DNA of 19,290 bases from an uncultured archaeon (GCA_964388035.1 CAYLZE010000090.1:1901-21190); one strand, 5' to 3'. Positions 1-9,863 are shown, counted from the stretch's first letter. The notes: generated from the sequence alone by a model not told the origin. Numbers and translations are program-made.

Positions 1-1154
1 TGCCATCCCTTCCATTTTTCATTAAGGGTAGACAATAGCGATCGATAAACAATTGATAATCTTTTAGACCTTTCCTTAATAACCTTGCTATCCACTTGAA
101 TCATCTCTTTTGCCTCCGTTCCAGGACGTGGAGTAAATTTTGATATATTTAAAATTTCGGGTCGTAACCACTTGATAATATTAATCGTATTGTAAAAATC
201 ATGCTCATTCTCTGCGGGAAAACCACAAATAATATCTGTTGAGATGGTAAGATAGGGAAATTTTGATCTTAGTATTTCTAATTTTTCTAGAAGTGCGGGA
301 AATGAATATGGTCTATGCATCTTATGCAAAATACGTGCACTACCGGATTGGATTGGAACATGGAGAAATTGATAAACAGTCTTCAAGTTAAAAATGGAAA
401 CTAATTGATTCATATTGGATAAGAGAAAACTGGGATTTATCATTCCCATTCTGATAAAATAGTGATCATTTAATCTGGAAAGTTGAGATAGTAACTTTTC
501 AAGCGTTATGTCCGAATATTGATAAGTACTGCAATCTTGAGAGGTTAAATAGATTTGCTTTATTCCTTGTTTTAATAGATGTTGAGCATTTCGAATTATA
601 TATTTAGGGTCATAACACTTTAACCCTCCCCGCGCATTTTTCACGCAACAATAACTGCAATTTCCTTGGCATCCTTCAGAAATTGGAATTATCCCCGTGA
701 CTTTACGGGAAGGGTAATTTATGAGGTATTGAGCTTTATCAATTTTTTCACTTGAACGATATATAATATTCTTCTCCCCTTTCTTAATGCGCTCCAATAG
801 GGAAGGCATTTCATGAATCCCATCCAAATCAATTATAGCCGAGAAGTTAGAAGTAAGACTTGTAATGACATTAAGATATGAAGGAGCGATAAAGGGTAAA
901 CATCCCGTAATTATTAGGTGTTTTGTAGGATTGTCCTTAAAAAGGTCGTTAAGTGCTTTTAGTCTTTGTTTTATTTTATTTTCTGTTTGTTGCTTTACTC
1001 CACAGGTATTGATAATGATAAAGGATGCATTTTCCATATCAGTCTGATGATATCCTTCTTCAGATAAGACTTGTGAAATAATTCCCGAATCTGCTTTATT
1101 AGAAGTGCATCCATATGTTTCCAAATAATAAGTATCTTTCTCAACTAAAGTCAT
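1..1154 (-). CDS. mtaB: tRNA methylthiotransferase, MiaB-like radical SAM family (archaeal e-MtaB/CDKAL1 type); C-terminus runs off the window edge
   Basis: Not in the ORF track; motif regions translated by hand from ATG at 1154: MTLVEKDTYYLETYGCTSNKADS..., INTCGVK, ITGCLP (UPF0004 Cys motifs), PISEGCQGNCSYC (radical SAM CxxxCxxC), HVPIQSGS, TDIICGFP, SKFTPRPGTEA. The CxxxCxxC and HVPIQSG motifs were checked to be in frame with the ATG. Confidence 0.9.
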   Translation of the reverse strand, partial: MTLVEKDTYYLETYGCTSNKADSGIISQVLSEEGYHQTDMENASFIIINTCGVKQQTENKIKQRLKALNDLFKDNPTKHLIITGCLPFIAPSYLNVITSLTSNFSAIIDLDGIHEMPSLLERIKKGEKNIIYRSSEKIDKAQYLINYPSRKVTGIIPISEGCQGNCSYCCVKNARGGLKCYDPKYIIRNAQHLLKQGIKQIYLTSQDCSTYQYSDITLEKLLSQLSRLNDHYFIRMGMINPSFLLSNMNQLVSIFNLKTVYQFLHVPIQSGSARILHKMHRPYSFPALLEKLEILRSKFPYLTISTDIICGFPAENEHDFYNTINIIKWLRPEILNISKFTPRPGTEAKEMIQVDSKVIKERSKRLSIVYRSLLSTLNEKWKGW

Positions 1155-1384
1155 TTTTTACAAAAAATAGGTTTTAATTAAATAACAAGTTTTTCAATTA
1201 ATTTACGTCTTATCATCTATTTTCTTAAATATTTAAAAGATCCATGAAGTTAATATATGGTCTCAAGGAATACTAATATTTTAAATATTTTAAAATAAAT
1301 TTTCTAATTAATAGTAAAAAATAATAGGGAAATAATGATTATTGAATCTTTAACTGATAATTAAATTGTAAAAAAGGAATAAAA

Positions 1385-2158
1385 ATGGCGAGAGGAAGGA
1401 AACCAAGAAAAGCTCCAGAAAGAGATTTCGATCCTTTAGATGAATATTCTACTTGGGACGTAAGAATTGCACAATTATTTTACTTTGCAATCATTATTGC
1501 AACGGCCATCATAGTATTTGGGATCTGGGGCACAATTATAGATCTTTTATTAGCAAAAACGACTTTTTTGGATTTTTATTTAAATCTTCCCTTAGGATTT
1601 CAAATTGCATTGATTGGAGGAATTGTTACCGGTCATTTACTTTTATTAGTATTATTCTATTCTCTTTTTAGAGGAGGGATAGTGAGAACTTGTAGAATCT
1701 TATTTAAAGATCGGTTAGTAGCTAAAAAATGGGAAAGCCATACGGTTTTACGCTGGCTTATTGCCGTGACATTACTGGGTGTTTATATTACAGTTATTTC
1801 AATCGTTGTTTCACTCCTACCTTTATCTATGTGGATACAAAATTTAACTCAATGGATGATTGCTAATTTTGGTATTGTTCACTGGATTCTTTATGTGGGA
1901 GTCGTATTTTTGATAGGGATAGGTTTGGTCTTCATGGCATTCGTGATGTGGAATCATTGGGTATACTGGGTTCTACGCAGAGTAAAAACAATTGAAGAAG
2001 AAGAAGAGATTAGAGAGGAAATAAAGGTTGATCAATTAAAAGGCGCTGATGAAAAGACGCAACAACGAGCATATGAAAAAGCCACGGGAAAAAGAGCAAT
2101 GTATCGAGGAAAAGAAACTAAAGGCTATAAAGAGTGGAAACAATCTAAAGGGATATAA
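1385..2158 (+). CDS. Hypothetical integral membrane protein (about 4 TM helices) with charged C-terminal tail
   Basis: 257-aa ORF, AAGGA upstream of ATG, four long hydrophobic stretches, Glu/Lys-rich tail ending YEKATGKRAMYRGKETKGYKEWK. Confidence 0.8.
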   Translation: MARGRKPRKAPERDFDPLDEYSTWDVRIAQLFYFAIIIATAIIVFGIWGTIIDLLLAKTTFLDFYLNLPLGFQIALIGGIVTGHLLLLVLFYSLFRGGIVRTCRILFKDRLVAKKWESHTVLRWLIAVTLLGVYITVISIVVSLLPLSMWIQNLTQWMIANFGIVHWILYVGVVFLIGIGLVFMAFVMWNHWVYWVLRRVKTIEEEEEIREEIKVDQLKGADEKTQQRAYEKATGKRAMYRGKETKGYKEWKQSKGI

Positions 2159-2175
2159 CTTATAAAAGCAAAAGA

Positions 2176-2217
2176 TTTTCTTAATTTTTCCTTAAATTTT
2201 TTTTATAAATTTTTCTT
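2176..2217 (+). terminator. Probable archaeal oligo-T terminator region
   Basis: Four successive T-runs starting 18 nt after the stop at 2158. Confidence 0.4.
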
Positions 2218-2712
2218 CATATTAACGTAATAATTGAATGTTAAGTAGTTTTTACTCCGTCTTTCATACAAATAAACAAAGTGAGAGATCTATTTTTCTT
2301 ATTATTAAAACCAAGCATTAATAACTTTAGAATCAAAAATAAAATAAAAAGAAAAAACTCAGTTATAAAATTAAATTCATTTGCTAATAAGACCTGGACT
2401 ATTAATAAATCTCCAAATTTTATTATAAAGTGATTTAACACGGATAGCAATATTATTGAAATAAATTACATTTTTTGAGTTCACATTACTCACTTCCTCT
2501 AAAAATAATAAATCTTCTTATTCTATTTATACTTATTGTATCGTAGATTTTTAAATTAAATCTCTTAATTTGTCCAAAATTAAGCTTTTTGAATTATAAA
2601 TAATTAATATATAAATTAAAATTTAATTATTATTCCAAAAATAATAAATGAAAAATTTATCTAGAAAAAGATATTTTTATGAATCAAAAACTTGAATTAA
2701 TAAAGTAAATTT

Positions 2713-4038
2713 ATGATAAATTTCAATAAGAATTTTCGACTCAAATCACAAGAGATATTAGGAAATTATCAGATTTCTAATTATTTAACCTATTTAAAGA
2801 AGGCTCAGTTTTTTGATGAGGAAAGAATAGAAGATAATCAAACAAAAAAACTCAAAAAAATAATACAGTATGCAGTTCAGAATATAAAATTTTATTCCGA
2901 CTTTTTCAAAGAAAACAAGCTAAAGCCTTCGGATATAAATGAGCTTGATGATTTAACTAAACTTCCCATAATAACAAAAGAAATTTATAGAAAAAACTTT
3001 CCTAATAACCTAGTGAATAGAAGTATCCCCAGAAAAAATTATGTTCTAACCCATACCTCTGGGTCTACAGCATCTCCCATTGATATTTATACTTCCCACG
3101 CATTGAGAGGACGTTATGCTGCTGAAAGTATTTTCTTTTTTGAATGGGCAGGTAAGAAATATGGAGAACCATATGTTAGAATCTGGGGGAAAGAAAGCAA
3201 GAGAATTTGGTTATTTAATACCTTCATAAAAAATGCTTTTGTTATCAATGCTAAAAAATTGAGTAATGAAACGATAAATAATTTACACCGGAATTTAATG
3301 AGAAAGAGATTTAGATTTTTAGAAGCATTTACCTCATCAGCAAATGCGCTTGCATCATTATTGAAAAAGTATAATTTGGAAATGAGCATTCCAACTACCA
3401 TAGTATCTGGTGAAACGCTCTTTGATTTTCAAAGAGAACGAATAATGGAACAATTAAATACTCAAATCTACAATCGATATGGTTGTCGGGAATGTGGAGA
3501 TATTGCACAAGAATGTTCCGAACATCAAGGTTTACACGTATTGCAAGAAAGTTTTATAATTGAAATTTTAGATGATAACAATGAACCAGTCAAAATCGGA
3601 GAAAAAGGCAAAATTATAATAACTCATTTAGATAATTATCTCTGTCCATTAATTAGATATCAAATAGATGATATTGGTGCTTTATCACCAGTAAATTGTA
3701 CTTGCGGGAGAAAATGGCAAATGCTTAAATATGTAGAAGGAAGGATTTCCGATATCATTTATTCTCCTTCAGGTAGACATATTTCCCTATTCTTTTTCAT
3801 TAAGATGTTTGAAAAATTAGTTTTTAATGCAGTGAATGAATATCAAGTATTGCAACCGAAACACTCGCCTGAATTAGTGTTAAGAATAGTACCTGGAAAT
3901 CATTATAGTCAAAAAATCGAGCATAAAATTATTAATGAAATTAAATCTCTTGATAAGACCTTTAAAATAACCATAGAGAAAGTAAAGAACATACCTTTAG
4001 AATCATCGGGGAAAAAAAAGCTCATAAAATTAATTTAA
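2713..4038 (+). CDS. Adenylate-forming enzyme, phenylacetate-CoA ligase / CapK-like family
   Basis: LPIITKE, ANL P-loop HTSGSTASP, VSGETL, NRYGCRECG, PLIRYQIDD, CTCGR, VEGRISD, C-terminal SSGKKKLI. Confidence 0.85.
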   Translation: MINFNKNFRLKSQEILGNYQISNYLTYLKKAQFFDEERIEDNQTKKLKKIIQYAVQNIKFYSDFFKENKLKPSDINELDDLTKLPIITKEIYRKNFPNNLVNRSIPRKNYVLTHTSGSTASPIDIYTSHALRGRYAAESIFFFEWAGKKYGEPYVRIWGKESKRIWLFNTFIKNAFVINAKKLSNETINNLHRNLMRKRFRFLEAFTSSANALASLLKKYNLEMSIPTTIVSGETLFDFQRERIMEQLNTQIYNRYGCRECGDIAQECSEHQGLHVLQESFIIEILDDNNEPVKIGEKGKIIITHLDNYLCPLIRYQIDDIGALSPVNCTCGRKWQMLKYVEGRISDIIYSPSGRHISLFFFIKMFEKLVFNAVNEYQVLQPKHSPELVLRIVPGNHYSQKIEHKIINEIKSLDKTFKITIEKVKNIPLESSGKKKLIKLI

Positions 4039-4119
4039 GGAAAGTATTTACATCCGTCTATTTTTTTACCATTTTAGAAAACTGTTTTTGAAAAGATTGA
4101 AGTTAGTATTTTTAATTAT

Positions 4120-5223
4120 TTAACGTAAGATTATTGAATATAATTTTTCTAATTTCAGTATAGTTTTATCAATATCATACTTTTCAAGTACTCTTTTATA
4201 AGCATTTTCAGCAATTTTATTGGCTAAATCTTTATCTTGTATTAATCTTTTTATAGCCAGAGCCATTTTTACGGGATTTTTTGCGGGAAATAATAAAGCT
4301 TCTCTTCCATCTCTAACAACTTCCACATTTTCCGGAATGTTGGTGGTAATAATCGGTTTTTTCATTGCCATGGCTTCTAATAAGCTATTTGATTGCCCTT
4401 CATATAAGGTGCTGCTTACCCAGATATCAGTAATGGCTAAAATTTGAGGGATATCCTTCCTCATTCCAAGCATTTTAACATTTTTTAAGTTTAGGTTCTT
4501 TATTGCATTATGTATTGTGTGAGTCTCATCCATAAAGTTATTTCCAGAACCAACAATAAGGAAAGTAAAATTAAATTCCTTTTGGAGATGTGCTAAAGCA
4601 TTTAATACAGTTGGATAATCTTTTTGCTTTCTAAGATGTGCAACCATCGTGATTATTAAGGAATCGGGAAACTTCATACTATTTTTAATTGCTTCCTTAT
4701 TATTTATCTGCTTGAAAATCTTAAAATCAATGCCGTTTTCAATTAATACGATTTTTCTCATATCGATGCCATAATCATTGACGAAATTCTTTAAAGTATG
4801 AGAATTTACCATGTAGACATCTACTAATCTCTGCGTCATCGTGTCAATCAAATTTAAATATTTTTTCGCTACTAATTTAATCCTTACGGAAGAAATTACT
4901 TTAGAATTTAATCCCAAGGAGGCGAATCTTCCCATTATATTGGCATGAATCATGAAGCAGTGAATAATCTGTGGTTGTTCTTGGTAGACTATTCTTCTTA
5001 ATTTAAAAAATTCAATTGGAAAGTTCTGAATTCCTTTTAAATTTAATACATATATTTTATCGACCTTATCTCTGATATCTCCTAATATATCCGTTAAATT
5101 CAAAAGACTACAAACAATTATTTCGTACATTTCCCGATTTAACTTCAGAATAATCTTCTTTAGCATGTTCTCTGCTCCTCCTGCAAAAAGTCCAGTAATC
5201 AAGTAAAATATTTTGACTGTCAT
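4120..5223 (-). CDS. Glycosyltransferase family 4 (GT-B fold)
   Basis: N-terminal GLFAGGAE, IENGID, HLRKQKD, LGMRKDIPQIL, and the EX7E motif EGQSNSLLEAMA. Confidence 0.92.
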   Translation of the reverse strand: MTVKIFYLITGLFAGGAENMLKKIILKLNREMYEIIVCSLLNLTDILGDIRDKVDKIYVLNLKGIQNFPIEFFKLRRIVYQEQPQIIHCFMIHANIMGRFASLGLNSKVISSVRIKLVAKKYLNLIDTMTQRLVDVYMVNSHTLKNFVNDYGIDMRKIVLIENGIDFKIFKQINNKEAIKNSMKFPDSLIITMVAHLRKQKDYPTVLNALAHLQKEFNFTFLIVGSGNNFMDETHTIHNAIKNLNLKNVKMLGMRKDIPQILAITDIWVSSTLYEGQSNSLLEAMAMKKPIITTNIPENVEVVRDGREALLFPAKNPVKMALAIKRLIQDKDLANKIAENAYKRVLEKYDIDKTILKLEKLYSIILR

Positions 5224-5481
5224 GGTAAAAAAAATAAATTAATCAAATCTCAACATGATATTCTAATTTAAGAAGTCATTCTTAGATTTGTTTTCGTAAA
5301 ATTTAGAAAAAATGACACATTTGAAATTTATTATTTAGAAATTTTCTTTCATATGTTATAATCTTGTCGAAAAATCCAATATGATGAAAATTTACCGTGT
5401 TTTTAGTTTGATTATAGAATATTTTTTGAATTTATGAATTAAAAAAGTGAAAAAAGAAAATTACTTAGATTTTACCAAAAT

Positions 5482-6327
5482 TCATTTTCTTACCATGCGT
5501 GGGTTCAAATATAAATCTAATTCTGGTTTTGGAGGTTTATAATCGGAAGTTCCCGAATCTCTCATTTCGGAAAGATGCTTTTTAATCATTTTATGAATTT
5601 CATCAATAAAATTCATTGCGCAACCAAAAAGAGTTATCATCATTATAAAAGTTTTATCATTGGCGCAATTTTCGTCAAAAATGTTGATTTCCACATCCTT
5701 CTGGACACGTTGGTGGTTTACCTCAGCAATTTGCGTTTTTCCCAAATATACTTTATAGTCATTCCCCATTCCAACCTTACCTTTTAATTCCACCACTTGA
5801 AGCTTATCCTCACTGGTTTCTGGTAATAATGGAAATGCCCATCTGGTACCAATAAACCTGCGTGCTTCCACAATGCGCGGTAGGGCCTTTAGGTTAGGGA
5901 GATGGACAAAAAAGACGGGAGCAGGACGCCGAACTTCATAACTTTGCTCTATCGAATGTAACATGGAAAGTTCTAATCCACCCATGTAATTGCCTCCCGT
6001 TCTTTCCCCAATCTTCTCTTCCATTATGGTAAATAATCGCACATTTAATCGCTTATCCTCATTTTTAGGTGTTTCCTCCCATTCCTTGCGCGCAAATGCT
6101 AACACCCATTTATCCTCGTGATCTATTTCAATTTTTCCTTCAATATCAAAATTCTTGGAGAAATAACGCGTTTGAGCTTCGTATTTGAGGTTCTGATAAA
6201 TTCCGATTTCTTCTTTATGTAATCCCGTGCGCCACAAATTAATATGAATACGTTTATAAGTTTTTCTTTTTGGTTTTGGGGGCTCTTTTTCTATAATCTC
6301 TTCTTGTTTAGACTTTTTTTTTGCCAT
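5482..6327 (-). CDS. Hypothetical protein; C-terminal half resembles Tubby-C/LURP-one/scramblase-like fold
   Basis: 281-aa ORF. The pattern LKGKVGMGNDYKVYLGKTQIAEVNHQRVQKDVEINI followed by one hydrophobic helix FIMMITLFGCAMNF recalls LURP-one-related proteins. The fold call is by eye and tentative; the gene itself is clear. Confidence 0.6.
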   Translation of the reverse strand: MAKKKSKQEEIIEKEPPKPKRKTYKRIHINLWRTGLHKEEIGIYQNLKYEAQTRYFSKNFDIEGKIEIDHEDKWVLAFARKEWEETPKNEDKRLNVRLFTIMEEKIGERTGGNYMGGLELSMLHSIEQSYEVRRPAPVFFVHLPNLKALPRIVEARRFIGTRWAFPLLPETSEDKLQVVELKGKVGMGNDYKVYLGKTQIAEVNHQRVQKDVEINIFDENCANDKTFIMMITLFGCAMNFIDEIHKMIKKHLSEMRDSGTSDYKPPKPELDLYLNPRMVRK

Positions 6328-6600
6328 TAATTAACACATTTTTTTTACTTTCTTATTTATTTAATTCAAATAGATAATATATTTTTTACTCTAATTTTTT
6401 GATTCATGATAATAATTAAAAAAATAAAACGCATTAAAATCCATAAAGCTGTGAGTTGGTCAAGTTTTTATTAGGATTCATTTAATTTATATTTAGAGCA
6501 TCACTTATTTTTAATGAGTTTCTCAGCTTTGAAATATTTTAAATTATTAAATTTTTTAGATTAATGCTCATTTGCTGAGGCTAATACCTATTTTTTAATC

Positions 6601-7113
6601 ATGAAAGATGTGGATTACCGTTTCAAGGTTTTAATGTTAGGGGATAAGAATGTGGGTAAGACTACGCTCACGTATAGATACATGAAAGGGGACTATATTA
6701 ACAAACTTAAACGTACAATAGGTTTGGACTTATTCAGCAAAGTGATTGTTTTTTTTGGAAAAAGAATCGATCTGCAGATTTGGGATTTCGCAGGAGAGGA
6801 GAGATTTCGGGAACTCTTGCCTCACTATTGCTTGGGAGCAAGTGGAGCATTTTTACTTTATGATATTACAGATCCAAGCACCCTTGAGCATTTAAAAGAT
6901 TGGATTTCGGTTATTAAAAAAGCAATAGTAGCTATTCCCATTATTTTAATCGGCACAAAAAGGGATTTAGAAAACGCTCGGGAAATTACTTATTCAGAAG
7001 GTAAGAAAGTCATGGAGAAATTAGGGTGCATTAAATTTTTAGAGTTATCTTCGAAAACTGGTGAAAATGTTGAAAAAACGTTTGAATCCATGGTCCAATG
7101 TTTAATAGAATAA
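6601..7113 (+). CDS. Rab-like small GTPase (Ras superfamily)
   Basis: FKVLMLGDKNVGKTT (G1), RTIGLD (G2), LQIWDFAGEERF (G3), LLYDIT, IGTKRDL (G4), ELSSKTGENV (G5). Confidence 0.95.
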   Translation: MKDVDYRFKVLMLGDKNVGKTTLTYRYMKGDYINKLKRTIGLDLFSKVIVFFGKRIDLQIWDFAGEERFRELLPHYCLGASGAFLLYDITDPSTLEHLKDWISVIKKAIVAIPIILIGTKRDLENAREITYSEGKKVMEKLGCIKFLELSSKTGENVEKTFESMVQCLIE

Positions 7114-7221
7114 TCTCTCTCTCTTTCTTTCAATATTCTTCCAATTAAATTTACTAAATAAAAAATAAATAGATGTGATTTGGAATTTTAAAATGAAGGA
7201 AAGAGAATTAAATATAAATTA

Positions 7222-9456
7222 TCATTCTATTTTAACTTCACAATGATCCGAATCGCAAAATTTTTCTCCAATTGCCCTATCACTCGTGGAATCCAAATTT
7301 AAGGGCTTAATATGCGAGATCATTTGGTCGTATTCTTCCTTGGTGATTTTTTCATAAGGAGCTTGTACATACCCATGTTCGGTCAATGGAAGAAAGCTCA
7401 CGCTTTTTAATTTATCTTCATAACATTCTAATACATACTGAATTTGATCTGCTTCTTCTGTTTTAAAAGTTATTGTAATTGATACTTGGTTATCAGACCA
7501 ATAACGTTGATAAGATGCGGCATTTTCCGCCTGCTCCCAAATAGAAACATCATCCTTGGAACGAACAAAATATTTTTCGTGAATCGGAAATTCTACCACT
7601 AAAGAATTATCAGAATACTGATCTTGCTCAATCTTATAACCGGTTTCTTTTAAAGGGGGTATGAGATCGGAATTTTGAGAGATTCTGATTCTCCGAATAT
7701 AATATTCTGAATGCGGATAATGGATACCGGGAGTCACTCCTGGGAGAAGACTTACCGTTCCACTGGGTTTTACCGTGGTTATTTTGATGGATTTAGGCAC
7801 GCAAAGCCAATTGGAATATTCTTTATCCAACTCCCTTAAATATTTATAAGCTTTATCGCACCATTCTAACATGGTCCTCCTACCATGTCTCACCATTGCC
7901 TCAATAATGCCCGTTTGCGAAATGCCCATTCGTCTATTCTTTAACATCACTGCATTGGTCTCTTTCCAATGCGTGTTAACTAAAGTAACGCTTTTGGCAT
8001 ATAAATAGGCGTACTTCAACGTCTCTTGGAATTCCTCATAGGTATCATTACGGGAAGGAAAGGTTTCTGCAAGGCAACAAAGCTCAAAGGATTCAAGAGA
8101 TTGCTCTCCGCAGGGATTTATTCCCGCAACCTTATTATCTGCATGATCAGGAGCGTCGCCCATCCGGGAATAATCTCTGGCATTATTTAACCAGAAGATT
8201 CCTGGTTCTCCATTTACAGCGATTTGCTTGGCTATAAAGGAATAATCCATGCCTTTCATTGCGAATACGCTGTTGTTGCTTGCCCATCTATGAGAATACA
8301 ATTTATCTTTATCCTGCTTGCATAAAAGGAAACCGATATCAGTAGGATCTCCTAACGCAATTTCGGCACTTCGGCGAACATTACCGGCCACAACGCATTT
8401 TCCAATAAGGTTCATTATATCTAAGATATCAACCGAGGTGATTGGTTTTCCGATTCTTTGATCCAATATGTCCTTTATATTTTCAAGCATTTTGCGTAAT
8501 GGTTTGGGTCCGGACGCTATACCACCAAAACCGCGGATGGGATCTCCAGCGGGTCTTATTTTGGAAAAATCGAAAGTGGGAAGCTGCTTACCCAAAAAAT
8601 ATGCATCTAACAATAATTTTAACGCTTCCACCCATCCCTCTCTGCTATCGGGTATTTCAAAAAGGAAAATCCCCTCCTTGGGTACCTTGATATTGATTTT
8701 TCCTGCACCCTTCGTGTCAAATCCCACGCCTACCCCCAACATTAATGCATCCATGACGAATTCAAACGCTTTGCTATATTTTAAATCAATATCCTCTGTT
8801 GAAGCAAATCCACAATTATTTAATGCCATGGAGCCATGCCGTGCAATGAACTCGGTACCCATCATCCACAATCCCCTGCCGGGAGGGCACATTTTAAAGT
8901 CCCAAATTTTTTGGTACATTTTCTGAGCAGATTTTTGTGCCTTCATTTCGTTCCATGGCAAGCTTAACTTCATGCAATGCTCTTTTTGAATGGAATAGCA
9001 ACCTTCTACTACTCGTTTTATGGTTTCCCAGAATTCTTCCTTACGATCTTCTTTCTCAATGATTCTGGCATAGGTTCTTTTATAGCTTATATATCCCAAC
9101 GGACCCCAATCGGGTTGTTTATGATTAAATCGATTGAGAAATTCCTCGTCTAATGTAAAGGAAATATTCTCTAAATTAATGGCTCTAGCAAACAAATTTC
9201 TGTACTTATTTAATCCCCTCTGGGTTAACTCCAAGCATACCAATTCTCTAATGTGATTAGTAGAAATTTCTTTTACTCCGAATCCTATTATTTTTCTTAT
9301 AACCTCTTCAGCGACTTCATTTGCTATGTTCATATCTAAACCCGTTTCCTTATTAAGTATCTTAGCTATACTGGATTCATCAAACGGTTCTTTTTCCCCT
9401 TTTGAATTAATCACGTATTTTGGATATAAATCAGATAATGAAAAATTGCGTGTCAT
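7222..9456 (-). CDS. nrdJ: Class II (adenosylcobalamin-dependent) ribonucleoside-triphosphate reductase, monomeric RTPR-like type, with N-terminal ATP-cone
   Basis: YKRTYAR, PPGRGLW, LNNCGF, IPDSREGW, VVAGNVRRSAEI, thiyl-radical motif NPCGE, ELCCLAE, TTVKPSGTVS, C-terminal FCDSDHC. N-terminal VINSKGEKEPFD...IRELVCLEL is an ATP-cone. Confidence 0.95.
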   Translation of the reverse strand: MTRNFSLSDLYPKYVINSKGEKEPFDESSIAKILNKETGLDMNIANEVAEEVIRKIIGFGVKEISTNHIRELVCLELTQRGLNKYRNLFARAINLENISFTLDEEFLNRFNHKQPDWGPLGYISYKRTYARIIEKEDRKEEFWETIKRVVEGCYSIQKEHCMKLSLPWNEMKAQKSAQKMYQKIWDFKMCPPGRGLWMMGTEFIARHGSMALNNCGFASTEDIDLKYSKAFEFVMDALMLGVGVGFDTKGAGKINIKVPKEGIFLFEIPDSREGWVEALKLLLDAYFLGKQLPTFDFSKIRPAGDPIRGFGGIASGPKPLRKMLENIKDILDQRIGKPITSVDILDIMNLIGKCVVAGNVRRSAEIALGDPTDIGFLLCKQDKDKLYSHRWASNNSVFAMKGMDYSFIAKQIAVNGEPGIFWLNNARDYSRMGDAPDHADNKVAGINPCGEQSLESFELCCLAETFPSRNDTYEEFQETLKYAYLYAKSVTLVNTHWKETNAVMLKNRRMGISQTGIIEAMVRHGRRTMLEWCDKAYKYLRELDKEYSNWLCVPKSIKITTVKPSGTVSLLPGVTPGIHYPHSEYYIRRIRISQNSDLIPPLKETGYKIEQDQYSDNSLVVEFPIHEKYFVRSKDDVSIWEQAENAASYQRYWSDNQVSITITFKTEEADQIQYVLECYEDKLKSVSFLPLTEHGYVQAPYEKITKEEYDQMISHIKPLNLDSTSDRAIGEKFCDSDHCEVKIE

Positions 9457-9689
9457 TAATATACCTCTATTTCTTAATTCTTATAACCTTACTTCTGTTA
9501 TATTAGTAATAATCTCAAAAATTATCCTATACTCTATTATTCAATTATTTTTAAATTAAATTTTATCTCCACTTTATTATTTTCACATTAACATACACTA
9601 ATATCGGTCTAATTCTAGTTAAAACCCTATATATTTAAATGAAAAATTATGAAACTTTAATACTTACATTTTAATTTTCATATAAATAG

Positions 9690-9863
9690 ATTTTTAAAAT
9701 TCAGGAATATTTTTTTTCACCCGTGAAGGTCTTCAAAGAAAGAATAGAGATGATAGATGATTTTGGTAATCTTTTTGCATCCCATTTCGAAGAATAAATG
9801 GACTAATTTTATGGGAAAGTCGCCAAATTTGACCTTTTTATTTCTGAAATAGAAAATTTATAA
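9690..9863 (+). pseudogene. Possible decayed gene fragment (C-terminal part of a longin-like small domain)
   Basis: One frame reads IFKIQEYFFSPVKVFKERIEMIDDFGNLFASHFEE*MD*FYGKVAKFDLFISEIENL*, with internal TAA at 9795 and 9804. Family resemblance is by eye only. Confidence 0.3.

Noticed and set aside
2241-2450. 69-aa minus-strand ORF in an intergenic region
   Set aside because: TTG start, F/L/I/N/K-rich composition expected from AT-rich noncoding DNA, no motif.
7099-7113. GTPase ends in CLIE, superficially a CaaX prenylation box, with an ICMT-superfamily (DUF1295) gene in the window
   Set aside because: The Cys lies in the last helix of the G domain with no flexible linker, X=Glu is atypical, and DUF1295 is not a demonstrated ICMT.
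7114-7123. (TC)5 run after the GTPase and (AG)n run at the end of gene A1
   Set aside because: Too short to indicate phase variation; consistent with a pyrimidine-rich terminator and with coding for RERE.
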